A stretch of DNA of 64,000 bases from Eledone cirrhosa (taxonomy: Eukaryota), in the NCBI GenBank assembly GCA_964016885.1, contig OZ024763.1:21576001-21640000 (forward strand), in the 5' to 3' direction. Below are positions 52,299 to 64,000 of this stretch, in pieces. The notes below the pieces were generated by a model. The model searched no databases. It was given only the letters and a program-made list of their open reading frames with translations, and had not been told where the DNA came from. Every line of letters begins with the position of its first letter. The stretch's first letter is position 1. Made by a program: the position numbers and the translations under genes.

Positions 52299-53494
52299 GT
52301 ATATATGTATACATATATACATACACACACATGCATATATGTACATAGTAAGAGCATAGATTTGTATATATATATACATATATATAAATATATATACATA
52401 TATATATATATATACATATGTATATATATATGTATATATATAGATATGTGTATATATATTTATATATATACATATATACAAATATATGCTCCCACTATGT
52501 ACATATATGCATGTGTGTGTGTATATATATATGTATATATGTATGCATGAGTATATATATGCATGTATGCATGAGTATATATATGCATGTATATATATAT
52601 ATATATGCATGTATGCATGTATATATATATGTATGTATGCATGAGTATATATATACATGTATGCATGTATATATATATGCATGAGTATATATATACATGT
52701 ATGCATGTATATATATATATATGTATGCATGAGTATATATATGCATGTATGCATGTAATGTGTGCATATGTATATATATATATGTATGTATGCTTATTTT
52801 AGATCATATGAAGAATTAAATGAAAAAGAGATAACGCAGACATTTGAACAATTTCAAGATATTGATTGTAGAATTGACATGAGAAGATAATGAAGTGTTT
52901 TCTATATAATTGTTGAAATGTGTTAGTTGTAAAATATAGATAGATCTCCTTAGAAATCAATGTTTTAAACACATTCTTACACAGACAGTAAACATACAAT
53001 TGTTGACAGATATAGATACTAGAAGCCTTATCACAGTTTGTGAAAATAACTGGTAAATATGTAATAATTTCACTGTATGGCTACCCCTTTCCTGAAGACA
53101 TAGCCAACACTATACAGAAAAGGGGTTCCCCCAACAAGAGTGGGACGGCCCTAACCCTAAATGTGGATCAGGTCATAGACTGTAAAATTTGTCAGTGTCG
53201 TAGTTTGTGGTGGAGGGGTTGGCAACTAAACTGGCTCTCCCCATCAGAATCTAGTATGGTGAAGAGGGAAAGTGGAACCCCAGCAGCACAAAAGAACAGG
53301 AGCTGTAAAAAGGGCAGGTAAACTCCTTAGTGTCAATGGCCATTCATCCCCAACTATGGGTTACATAGCCTGGACAACCTGCAATTGACCAAGCGTGGGG
53401 AGTATAGCTATACTCTTGAAGACAGTCAAAACTACCCCTAATCTTCAATTTGGTATTTGTGCCAACCCTTACCTAATGTTATGAATCTTGGATA

Positions 53495-53645
53495 ATGACC
53501 AAAAGAATATGATCGTGAATATAAGTTGCTGAAATGGGATTCCTCCGAGGGGTCTTTGGCGTAACGTTACTGGATAGAATACAGAGCTCGGAGAGTCACT
53601 CCATGTGGAGCTGCTACTTCTCCGAACTGAGAGATCACAGCGAGA
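53495..53645 (+). mobile_element. RTE LINE ORF2 fragment
   Basis: VAEMGFLRGVFGVTLLDRI motif. Confidence 0.6.
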
Positions 53646-53917
53646 ACTAAACAGAAAACAGTAGAGGTCAATGAAGGAAAGGTTCCTCCAACAAGAGTGA
53701 GAAGGCCCTAACCCTAACTGTGGATCAACTCATAGTTTGTGAAAATACACACACATGCACACACATATATATACACACACACACATATATATATATTTAA
53801 TCAGGTTTGAGGTTCACCACTGGATAGAGCTGGTCAATTCCATATGGCGGTCGTCCTCGGGTCTTTGATTTTCAGCCCCATGGATTTTATCTATTACATT
53901 CACTTATTATATTTCGA

Positions 53918-53975
53918 ATACCTGATGATATCACCGGATTCATACGGAACCCGGTCATTGAAATGATCATAGTAT
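53918..53975 (+). ncRNA. Minimal type I hammerhead motif
   Basis: atac CTGATGA tatcaccggattcatacggaacccggtcatt GAAA tgatca TA gtat. Stem II accgg/ccggt, palindromic UGAUCA loop. Confidence 0.82.
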
Positions 53976-54047
53976 AATAAACCTTTCAAGGATTTACACA
54001 AGTCCAACCTCCTGTCATTTCATTATAATTATTATATATATATATAT

Positions 54048-54258
54048 AACGAAGGAGGTGTGGTAAGGAACCAGATGGACCATAACGCACCAGAGTACTC
54101 AATACTTAGGGTAGTAGAGTGGGTAATAGGAAAATAGTCAGGACTCCGACGGCAGAGCTCAAGCCGTTTCGACGGCTATTTCTGGACTCAGAAACAGCGT
54201 TCCGAAATAACCGTTGAAACGGCTTGAGCTCTGCCGTCGGGGTCCTGAACATTTTCAT
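54048..54258. mobile_element. Fold-back PLE-like end fragment (half-hammerhead family)
   Basis: Homologous to 8178-8365. Inverted arms around a longer loop (ctggactcagaaacagcgttccg). (TA)n on both sides. Confidence 0.7.
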
Positions 54259-54359
54259 ATATATATATATATCATCATCATCATTTTACGTCCGCTTTTC
54301 CCTGCTTCCAAGGGTTGGACAGGTCCTATTCAGCACATCATCTCTCCACTTGACACTGT

Positions 54360-54452
<93 letters not shown>

Positions 54453-54656
54453 GTCTGTGGTACCATGTTTCGATGGCTATTTCTGGACTAAATTTAGTCC
54501 AGACGTAAAAATGATGTAAGATGATGTAATATATGTTATACTTATCTTCAACCAAAACACAACCACCTCTAGTTACTGTACCAGTTCTATTGTTACCTAC
54601 TCTATATATGTCTTCTATGACTTAATTTCCTAAATTAGGTTCCTCTTATATATTTT

Positions 54657-56305
54657 CTCTCAGACCTTCTATCAATGTCTCAGACCTTCTATCAATGTCT
54701 CAGTCCTTCTATCAATGTCTCAGTCCTTCTATGAATGTCTCTGTCCTTCTATCAATGTCTCAGTCCTTCTATCAATGTCTCAGACCTTCTATCAATGTCT
54801 CTGTCCTTCTATCAATGTCTCAGACCTTCTATCAATGTCTCAGTCCTTCTATCAATGTCTCAGTCCTTCTATCAATGTCTCTGTCCTTCTATCAATGTCT
54901 CAGTCCTTCTATCAATGTCTCAGACCTTCTATCAATGTCTCAGTCCTTCTATCAATGTCTCTGTCCTTCTATCAATGTCTCTGTCCTTCTATCAATGTCT
55001 CAGTCCTTCTATCAATGTCTCTGTCCTTCTATCAATGTCTCAGTCCTTCTATCAATGTCTCAGTCCTTCTATCAATGTCTCTGTCCTTCTATCAATGTCT
55101 CAGTCCTTCTATCAATGTCTCAGTCCTTCTATCAATGTCTCAGACCTTCTATCAATGTCTCAGTCCTTCTATCAATGTCTCTGTCCTTCTATCAATGTCT
55201 CAGTCCTTCTATCAATGTCTCAGTCCTTCTATCAATGTCTCTGACCTTCTATCAATGTCTCAGTCCTTCTATCAATGTCTCTGTCCTTCTATCAATGTCT
55301 CTGTCCTTCTATCAATGTCTCAGACCTTCTATCAATGTCTCAGTCCTTCTATCAATGTCTCAGACCTTCTATCAATGTCTCAGTCCTTCTATCAATGTCT
55401 CAGACCTTCTATCAATGTCTCAGTCCTTCTATCAATGTCTCAGTCCTTCTATCAATGTCTCAGACCTTCTATCAATGTCTCAGTCCTTCTATCAATGTCT
55501 CAGACCTTCTATCAATGTCTCAGTCCTTCTATCAATGTCTCAGTCCTTCTATCAATGTCTCAGTCCTTCTATCAATGTCTCAGACCTTCTATCAATGTCT
55601 CAGTCCTTCTATCAATGTCTCTGTCCTTCTATCAATGTCTCAGTCCTTCTATCAATGTCTCAGTCCTTCTATCAATGTCTCAGCCCTTCTATCAATGTCT
55701 CAGTCCTTCTATCAATGTCTCAGACCTTCTATCAATCTCTCTGTCCTTCTATCAATGTCTCTGTCATTCTATCAATGTCTCAGACCTTCTATCAATGTCT
55801 CAGTCCTTCTATCAATGTCTCAGTCCTTCTATCAATGTCTCAGTCCTTCTATCAATGTCTCAGTCCTTCTATCAATGTCTCTGTCCTTCTATCAATGTCT
55901 CAGACCTTCTATCAATGTCTCTGTCCTTCTATCAATGTCTCAGTCCTTCTATCAATGTCTCTGTCCTTCTATCAATGTCTCTGTCCTTCTATCAATGTCT
56001 CAGTCCTTCTATCAATGTCTCAGTCCTTCTATCAATGTCTCTGTCCTTCTATCAATGTCTCTGTCCTTCTATCAATGTCTCAGTCCTTCTATCAATGTCT
56101 CAGTCCTTCTATCAATGTCTCTGTCCTTCTATCAATGTCTCTGTCCTTCTATCAATATCTCAGACCTTCTATCAATGTCTCTGTCCTTCTATCAATGTCT
56201 CAGTCCTTCTATCAATATCTCAGTCCTTCTATCAATGTCTCTGACCTTCTATCAATGTCTCAGTCCTTCTATCAATGTCTCTGTCCTTCTATCAATGTCT
56301 CAGTC
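54657..56305. repeat. 20-bp tandem satellite, about 82 copies
   Basis: Unit cttctatcaatgtct(cag/ctg)(t/a)c with perfectly kept phase. Confidence 0.98.
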
Positions 56306-57899
56306 TCTCAGTTGACTCTACTTCTGTCACTTCCACATTTACCACAACATTCTTTCTTCTCCTTCTTAAATACACTTCCAAATCTCTCATTCTCTCTCTC
56401 TCTCTCTCTCTCTTGCTGTCTCTGTCCCTCATTCTCTCTCTCTCTCCGTCCCTCTCTCTCTCTCTCTCTCACTCTTTTCTTCTCTACATCTCTCTTTCAC
56501 TTTTTCTCTGCATTTCTCTCTCTTTCTCTCTATCTCCATCTTTCTCACTTTCTCCCTCTCTCCTCTCTCTCCCTCTAGCCCCAATCTCTCTCTCTCTCTG
56601 CCTATCTCTCTCACACTTCCTCTCTCTCTCTCTCTCTCTGCCTATCTCTCTCTCACACTCTCTCTCTCTCTCTCTCAGTATAAACGTTATACATTTATCA
56701 AGCATATATATATAATTGTTTTAGATAACTCTTGTTTAATCTCACCCCCCACCCAACCCCACACCCTCTTCCCTTTCCCCCTCACATGTGTATATATATA
56801 TTTTTTCTCAACCTGTTAGTTCTTTCGTTACTTTGGTATTGTGTCTTAGATTCTGCCTACCTCAATGTTCAATGTGTCAAGCTATTTAAATGTCTGTTGT
56901 TACTCTAAGGTCCTACCTCGTTGAGTGCTTTGCTAACTCATTCATATCGTAGGTCGACTTTGCTTGCCCACAGCCAAAGATTCGATTTTACTAAGCCTCC
57001 AATTATATATGTATATATATATATATATGTATGTATATATATATATATATGTATGTATATATATATAATATATACGGGTATATATATATATATATATATA
57101 TACCCGTATATATATATATATACCCGTATATATATATATATATACCCGTGTATATATATATATATAACTCTCATAATATAATCAAGATTCACTAAACTTT
57201 GCAATGGTATCCTTCTCACCCAGTTTCTCAGAAATAAAACGAACTTTTCAATATATGTGTATATATATATATATCATCATCATCATCATTTATTTTACGT
57301 CCGCTTTTCCCTGCTTGCAAGGGTGGGACAGAACTGATTCTGGCTTGATTTCTACAGCTGGATGCCCTTCCTAACACCAACCTCATTTACTTTCGATTGT
57401 AAGGCCAATGCTCTAACCACTAAGCCATGTGCCTCCATAAATATATATGAAAAAGAAGGGGAGAAGAATACTGTATGGTTGCACATGGATTACATATTAT
57501 AAAATTAGTCCCTCATCAGTGATTTTGCCAACCATCATTGGTATTTCATCGCATTAAAAATCAGATACCTCAGGTTGGTGCGAGCAATAACTAAAATAAG
57601 CTATTGGGACAAGTGAATCGCGTAAAGCGAGTGAGACAAGTAAACAACAGAAGGAAAAGTAAACCGAAGGTTGGAAAAACAGCAAGCCACGTGGTAGTTA
57701 TCCGATCAGCATGAACTGGGTGAATTTCATGAGCGGTCAGAGAAGCAGACCGTACGCCGTGAATGCGGTGTGAGAAAGAAGGAACCCCACGACTAGCGAA
57801 CGGGAGGAAGTGAGAAGGGGAGAAACAGAGAGTGAGTGAGTGATATATGTATGTATGTATATATTAGGGAGTGATATATATATGTATGTATGTATATAT

Positions 57900-58437
57900 T
57901 ATGGAGCTGCTTCCTCTGTTGACGAAGAAGGGTTTCTCCCTGCGTACGAAAGGCCGGTTGTATGATGCCTGTGTGAGGAGCGCGATGCTGCATGGTAGTG
58001 AGACATGGGCAGCAACCGCAGAGGATATGCGACGGCTGGAGAGAAATGAGGCAAGCATGCTCCGTTGGATGTGCAGTGTAAATGTGCGTGAACGACCCAG
58101 CATAAATGTGTTGAGAGAGAAACTGTGTCTGAGAGGGATAGAATGTAGTGTACGGGAGAGGAGACTGAGGTGGTATGGACATGTGATGCGCATGGAGGAT
58201 GACCGATGGGTGAAGAAGTGCCAGGAAATGCCAGTTGAAGGAAGACGTGGTAGAGGTAGACCACGAAAAACATGGGCGGAGGTGGTGAGAACAGACCTCA
58301 GATCATTGAAGCTCACGGCGAAGATGACGAGGGACCGTGACGAGTGGAGAGATGCTGTGCTGAATAAGACCCGTCCCACCCTTGCAAGCAGGGAAAAGCG
58401 GACGTAAAATGATGATGATGATGATGGTGATGATGAT
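57900..58437 (+). mobile_element. RTE-clade LINE ORF2 3' end (uninterrupted frame) with (GAT)n tail
   Basis: LLTKKGFSLRTKGRLYDACVRSAMLHGSETW..LRWYGHVMRM..GRPRKTW..DRDEWR. 5'-truncated in TA repeat. Confidence 0.9.
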
Positions 58438-58904
58438 ATATATATATGATTGTTGTTTTCTTCAACAATAGAAAGTAGTGTAGAGATCAGAAATATGGCG
58501 TCTACTTCTACATCTTATTGAAGTTGGTAGCTTTTTAGTGTTTGGTGTTAGTGGTGGTATTGGTGGTGGTGGTATTGGTGGTGGTGGTGGTATTGGTGGG
58601 ATTTGAACTCAGATCATAAAGGGAGGTAACTCTATGCTTCAAAGCATGGTGTCCAACCCTTTACGATACTGCCAATCCACAATGATGATGATCGCAATGT
58701 TGATGGCGATATTGATGATGATGATGAGGAGGAGGAGCAGGATGAAGGAAGATTCTGTCCACCCCCTACTAAGCTAATAACCTCCTCCTCCCTCCCCCCT
58801 CTCCTCCCCCCTCTCCTAGACTAACTCCACAACACTGTAACCTCCATGTCAGCACACTTCACTAATCTTTATAATTGTTTATCATTTGATATCAAGATAG
58901 GGAT

Positions 58905-59605
58905 TTAGTGTTGTTGTTGGTGGTGGTGGTGGTGGTGGTGGTGGTGTTGGTGGTGGTGGTGGCGGTTGTGGTGATGATGGTGGTGTTGGTGATGGTGGTC
59001 ATGATGATGATGATGGTGCTGTTGGTGATGGTGGTGGTGGAGGTTGTGATGATGAAGGTGTTGGTGGTGATGGTGGTGATGATGGTGATAATGGTGGTGT
59101 TGGTAATGGTGGTCATGATGATGATGATGGTGATGGTGGTGGTGGTGGTGGTGGTGGTGGTGATAATGGTGGTGTTGGTGATGGTGGTGGTGGTGGTGGT
59201 GATGGTGATAATGGTGGTGTTGGTGGTGGTGGTGATGATGATGATGATGGTGGTGGTGGTGGCGGTTGTGGTGATGATGATGATGGTGCTGTTGGTGATG
59301 GTGGTGGTGGTGGTGGTGGTGGTGGTGATGATGAAGGTGCTGGTGGTGATGGTGATGGTGATAATGGTGGTGTCGGTGATGGTGGTGGTGATGGTGATAA
59401 TGGTGGTGTTGGTGGTGGTGGTGATGGTGATGATGATGATGATGATGGTGGTGTTGGTGATGATGATGGTGGTGACGATGATGATAATGATAGTGGTGCC
59501 AGTGATAAGCATGATGATGATGATGATGATGGTGGTGGTGAAGATATGGACAATGATGATTATGATGATGATGGTGGTTATTATTATTATTGTTGTTGTT
59601 GTTAT
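58905..59605. repeat. (GGT/GAT)n microsatellite
   Basis: Seen directly. Confidence 0.95.
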
Positions 59606-59657
59606 TGGTAATATACTTTACACACTTCATTAATTTATCAAAGTATTTTTGATAAAT

Positions 59658-59727
<70 letters not shown>

Positions 59728-59806
59728 GTGTGTTTGTGTGTATATGTATGTATGTGTATATATATGTTAAGACAAGGAAAGCGGACGTATGATGACGATG
59801 TATGCA

Positions 59807-59873
<67 letters not shown>

Positions 59874-59979
59874 GCTATTGATGTATTTCCCAATATTTTA
59901 TTAGGGCATTGGTAGTAGGAGAGGGTTTCATTAATTTATCACATTTTTTGTGAATTATAACATACATACATATATATAA

Positions 59980-60325
59980 TGGAGGCACATGGCTTAGTGG
60001 TTAGGGCATTGGCTTTGCAATCGAAAGGTTGTGAGTTCAATTCTCAGACCGAGTGATGTGTTGTTTCCTTGAGCAAGACACTTTATTTCACATTGCTCCA
60101 GTTTACTCAGCTGTAGAAATGAGATGATAGGGACTGGGGTCCCTATCATTCCACTGCAAAGTGGTCGTGGAGGTGCCACGGCAAAAAAGCACCCAGCACT
60201 CACTGTAAATGAGGTTGGTGTTAGGAAGGGCATCCAGCTGTAGAAATCAAGCCAGAATCAGCTCCCGTCCCACCCTTGCTAGCAGGGAAAAGCGGACGTA
60301 AAATGAAATGATGATGATGAATGAT
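59980..60325 (+). mobile_element. CORE-type SINE with RTE tail
   Basis: Full-length copy. Tail cccgtcccacccttgc..agcagggaaaagcggacgtaaaatga matches the end of the RTE at 58370-58415. Confidence 0.87.
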
Positions 60326-60350
60326 GATATGTACATACATATATGTATAT

Positions 60351-60407
<57 letters not shown>

Positions 60408-60648
60408 TTATTGCACTATGTACAATTGATATTACTTTGCCCCTCACCGAAAAAAAAACCCCTCCATTGATGTATTAGTGGGGTGGAGTAGCGTGGAGGG
60501 GAGAGAGTGGGGGGGGGGGGGAGAATCTATTTAGAATCTGAAAAAATAAGACAAAAAAGAACATGAAGGAATAATAATTAAAAAAATCATTAAAAAAATA
60601 ATAAATTCAGAAAAAAAAATCTTTTCTGTTCAAATAAAAAGAAGTGAA

Positions 60649-60717
<69 letters not shown>

Positions 60718-61431
60718 CAATCATAAATATGTATACACATTTACAAACTTGCATATTGATTTATTATACACATATATACATATACATACACACATATGCA
60801 TACATGCACACACATATACATATATATACATACATACACAAACATATATATGCATAAATCACACACATATACATACATACACATATGCATACATGCACAC
60901 ACATACATATACACATATACATAAGTTGACATATACACATATTTGCTTACATACACACACATTCATATATATATGCATACATGCACACACATACACCTAT
61001 ATGCACACATAAACATGTACAACAAAAGGGATACACATACAGAACACACACACATGCATACATACACACATGCACATCATAAACATGCATACATAAACAC
61101 ATGCACATCATAAACATGCATACATAAACACAGGCACATCAACATATAGCGCTTGTATAAAATTCTGTTAGAATATTTTAATTTAAATAAGAATTTTTTT
61201 TTTAAATGTGTGGTTTTATTTCATAGAACCAGAACCAGATTTGGGCAGGCAGCTAACAATAGAGTAAATAAAGAATTTTAAGGGTTTTACTAACATAGAA
61301 ACATATGGCTCTTATATAAAATTATGCTGGAAGATTTTAGTTTAAATACAAACCAAAACCAGTTTAGGAGGGACTGGTATCAAAATGGTTGAGACTTTTC
61401 AAATAAACATGAAAGTTTAAAAATTAGGATG

Positions 61432-61928
61432 TCATCATCATCATCATCATCATCATTTTACGTCTGCTTTTCCCTGCTTGCAAGGGTGGGACGGGAACTG
61501 ATTCTGGGTTGATTTCTACAGCTGGATGCCCTTCCTAACACCAACCTCATTTACAGTGAGTGTTGGGTGCTTTTTTGCCGTGGCACCTCCACGACCACTT
61601 TGCAGTGGGATGATAGGGGCCCCAGTCCTATCATCTCATTTCTACAGCTGAGTAAACTGGAGCAATGTGAAATAAAGTGTCTTGCTCAAGGAAATAACAC
61701 ATCACCCGGTCTGAGAATTGAACTGAAGAAGTGCCAAGAAATGCCAGTTGAAGGAAGACGTAGTAGAGGTAGACCATGAAAAACATGGGCGGAGGTGGTG
61801 AGAACAGACCTCAGATCACTGAAGTTCACAGTGGAGATGACGAAGGACCGTGACAAGTGGAGAGATGCTGTGCTGAATAGGACCCATCCCACCCTTGCAA
61901 GCTGGGAAAAGTGGATGTAAAATGCTGA

Positions 61929-61932
<4 letters not shown>
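61432..61932. mobile_element. Inverted fusion of a CORE-SINE (minus) and an RTE 3' end (plus)
   Basis: SINE sequence to about 61722 (gaattgaac) joins directly to tgaagaagtgccaagaaatg (RTE). Both outer ends carry the same tail. Confidence 0.75.
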
Positions 61933-61978
<46 letters not shown>

Positions 61979-62021
61979 AAATGTGAAATAGTTGCAGATG
62001 AACAAGTTCCTTATTGATAAG

Positions 62022-62096
62022 GCTGCGATACATATTTCAATGATGACAGTGGCCTCGCAATTTCGCTTAACCAGTGCCCTGATCTCATCAGACAGC
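62022..62096 (-). ncRNA. Minimal type I hammerhead motif
   Basis: Reverse complement: gctgt CTGATGA gatcagggcactggttaagcgaaattgcgaggccactgtcatcatt GAAA tatgta TC gcagc. Confidence 0.72.
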
Positions 62097-62221
62097 TTCA
62101 TTACATAATAAAGTTACGTTCTCGAGGCAATCCAAAATTGGAAAAAGTGTTTTCAGAGACAAATAACAGGTCAATTCATATGTATATATGTATGTATATA
62201 TATATATATATATATATATAC

Positions 62222-62256
<35 letters not shown>

Positions 62257-62410
62257 AGGAATTTCATCATTTTCCTATGAGAAGTAGCTTATATAAGTTT
62301 CTTCAATGTAAATAATGCTGTAATGTTCCAAACTCTTTACATTCTCTTTCATTTCTGACAAGAACCATTCAGCTATGAAATTCAATTGCTACATATATAT
62401 ATGTGTGTGC

Positions 62411-62451
<41 letters not shown>

Positions 62452-62477
62452 CGTGTGTGTATATATATATATATATA

Positions 62478-62578
62478 CAGAGTGTCCCCCAAAAAATATA
62501 TACACACTTTGATTACCTGTACAGGCAATGTTTATTAGAATTCTGTTGAAGTGTGTATACATTTTTTGGGATGCCGTG
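62478..62578. mobile_element. Tc1/mariner-type MITE (TA target)
   Basis: ta|cagagtgtcccccaaaaaatatatacacactt ... aagtgtgtatacattttttgggatgccgtg|ta. Confidence 0.7.
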
Positions 62579-63014
62579 TATATATATATATATATTCAGT
62601 TATTTAAGCACTATAAAGAGCCTGAAGTTGTTCTGGGCTTACATCTAAACAACTAAACCGTAATCTTTTACAATAGAACTTCACAGCTTGCATCATACAA
62701 ACTATCTGATGTTTTTATATAACTTCTAAATACACTCTGATTTCATTTTGTTTCAATGAATTTCATGGCTATAAAACTAAATAGGACATTGCATCTGGTG
62801 TGTTTCAGTATAGTTTGTTTCACCAGAGAACATCTTGAAATTTTTATATGTCTTTAATCTTTTACCGTACTTTCCGTCTGGATCTCTTGAATATATTTAT
62901 ACACACACACACACACATATATATATGTAAAAGGTAAACAGAAATAACAACACAATCGGTACAGTAATATGGAAGGGATATATTAGGTTAACGCTTGAAA
63001 TAACAGGAAGAGGG

Positions 63015-63050
63015 TCTTAACGTTTCGGGCGCTAGTCCTTCATCAGAAGA
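63015..63050 (-). ncRNA. Very small type I hammerhead motif (GAAACGUU type)
   Basis: Reverse complement: tctt CTGATGA aggactagcgccc GAAA cg TT aaga, with AACGUU palindrome. Confidence 0.75.
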
Positions 63051-63214
63051 AAGAACGAGAAATAAGATAGATTGGAGTTGGAAAAAATGTCTTTAGATGA
63101 AAAATAACAGCTCCATTCATGTTGACATCTCTTGCAAAACTGTTGGTGCTGGAGTTTTGTGTATGATATATTTTTTAGAAAAGTGGATGATGATGGAGGT
63201 GTGTATATATATAT

Positions 63215-63592
63215 ATCATCATCATCATCGTTTAACGTCCATGTTCCACACTTGCATGGGTTTGGACGGGAGTTTTCCCACTTGAGGCAAGAGTGGTTGT
63301 CTTGCTCGCATAGGACTGTCTGGCGGGTTTTCTACAGCTGGATGCCCTTCCTAACACCAACCACATTTACAGTGTGGGTCTGGGAGGTTTTTACCGTGTT
63401 GCCTACACGGTCACATTACAGCGTGGACTGTCTGGCGGGTTTTCTACAGCTGGATGCCCTTCCTAACACCAACCACATTTACAGTGTGGGTCTGGGAGGT
63501 TTTTACCGTGTTGCCTACACGGCCACATTACAGCGTGGACTGTGTGTTTTTTTGTCGTGACACCTACACAACCTCATTTGTTTCGGCCTGGA
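63215..63592 (-). mobile_element. SINE 3' portion (8729 family) with about 111-bp internal duplication
   Basis: ggactgtctggcgggttttctacagc block repeated at about 63313 and 63426. Confidence 0.78.
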
Positions 63593-63743
63593 TTTTGTGG
63601 CACCAACATAACTTTATATTGAAAGGGGCGGTGTGGATGGGGTGGGGGTGGTGGGACGGGGGTGTATTTTGTTAGAGATGCCTACTGACTGTAGTAGGTT
63701 TTACTTTGTATTTAGGTAAGGCGGGTCTTCTCTATTACTGAGT

Positions 63744-63780
<37 letters not shown>

Positions 63781-63781
<1 letters not shown>

Positions 63782-63935
63782 CGAAGGAAGTGTGGTAAGA
63801 TACCAGGTGGACCATAACACACCAGAGTACTGGATACTTAGGGGAGTAGAGTGGGTAATAGGAAAAGAGACAGGACCCCGACGGCTGAGCTCCAGCCATT
63901 TCGACAGATAGATCCGGCGGACTCCGGATCTAAAT
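63781..63935 (-). mobile_element. PLE-like end fragment (half-hammerhead family)
   Basis: Reverse complement: tagatccgg-agtccg-ccggatcta (stem II hairpin) tctgtc GAAA tggctggagctcagccg TC ggggtc. CUGANGA is missing. Confidence 0.62.
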
Positions 63936-64000
63936 TTCCTTATTTTTTAATATATACACTCTGCCTGTGTCTAGAGTGCTTGTTTTTGGTACCACCAGTA

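Noticed and set aside
53083-53135. CTGAAGA..GAAA hairpin
   Set aside because: U16.1 is missing and the segment folds better as a simple hairpin.
54695-56578. 627/509/346-aa ORFs
   Set aside because: Translations of a 20-bp satellite open in all plus frames.

Overview
Eukaryotic (animal) genomic DNA, AT-rich and almost entirely repetitive. The SINE set (CORE-type and Meta-type SINEs, RTE-type tails ending in (GAT)n) and the very high (TA)n/(CT)n/(ATG)n microsatellite load are most consistent with an octopus or other coleoid cephalopod; this is an inference. I cannot support an intact host protein-coding gene. Nearly all listed ORFs are microsatellite or satellite artefacts, or decayed LINE ORF2 fragments (RTE, R4/Dong-type RLE, CR1/L2-type). 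The main signal the ORF track does not explain is about 17 minimal type I hammerhead-ribozyme motifs in at least 8 sequence families. Each reads stem I-CUGANGA-stem II-GAAA-short, mostly palindromic loop III-UH-stem I'. They sit in short elements whose 3' ends usually abut (TA)n tracts, and several form head-to-head fold-back palindromes carrying one ribozyme on each strand. This matches the ends of Penelope-like retroelements (PLEs). Several satellite arrays visibly grew out of pieces of transposons (a SINE head, a LINE C-terminus, piggyBac-type MITE ends). There are also nested MITEs and modular SINE/LINE chimeras. All folds and alignments were done by eye and coordinates are hand-counted.
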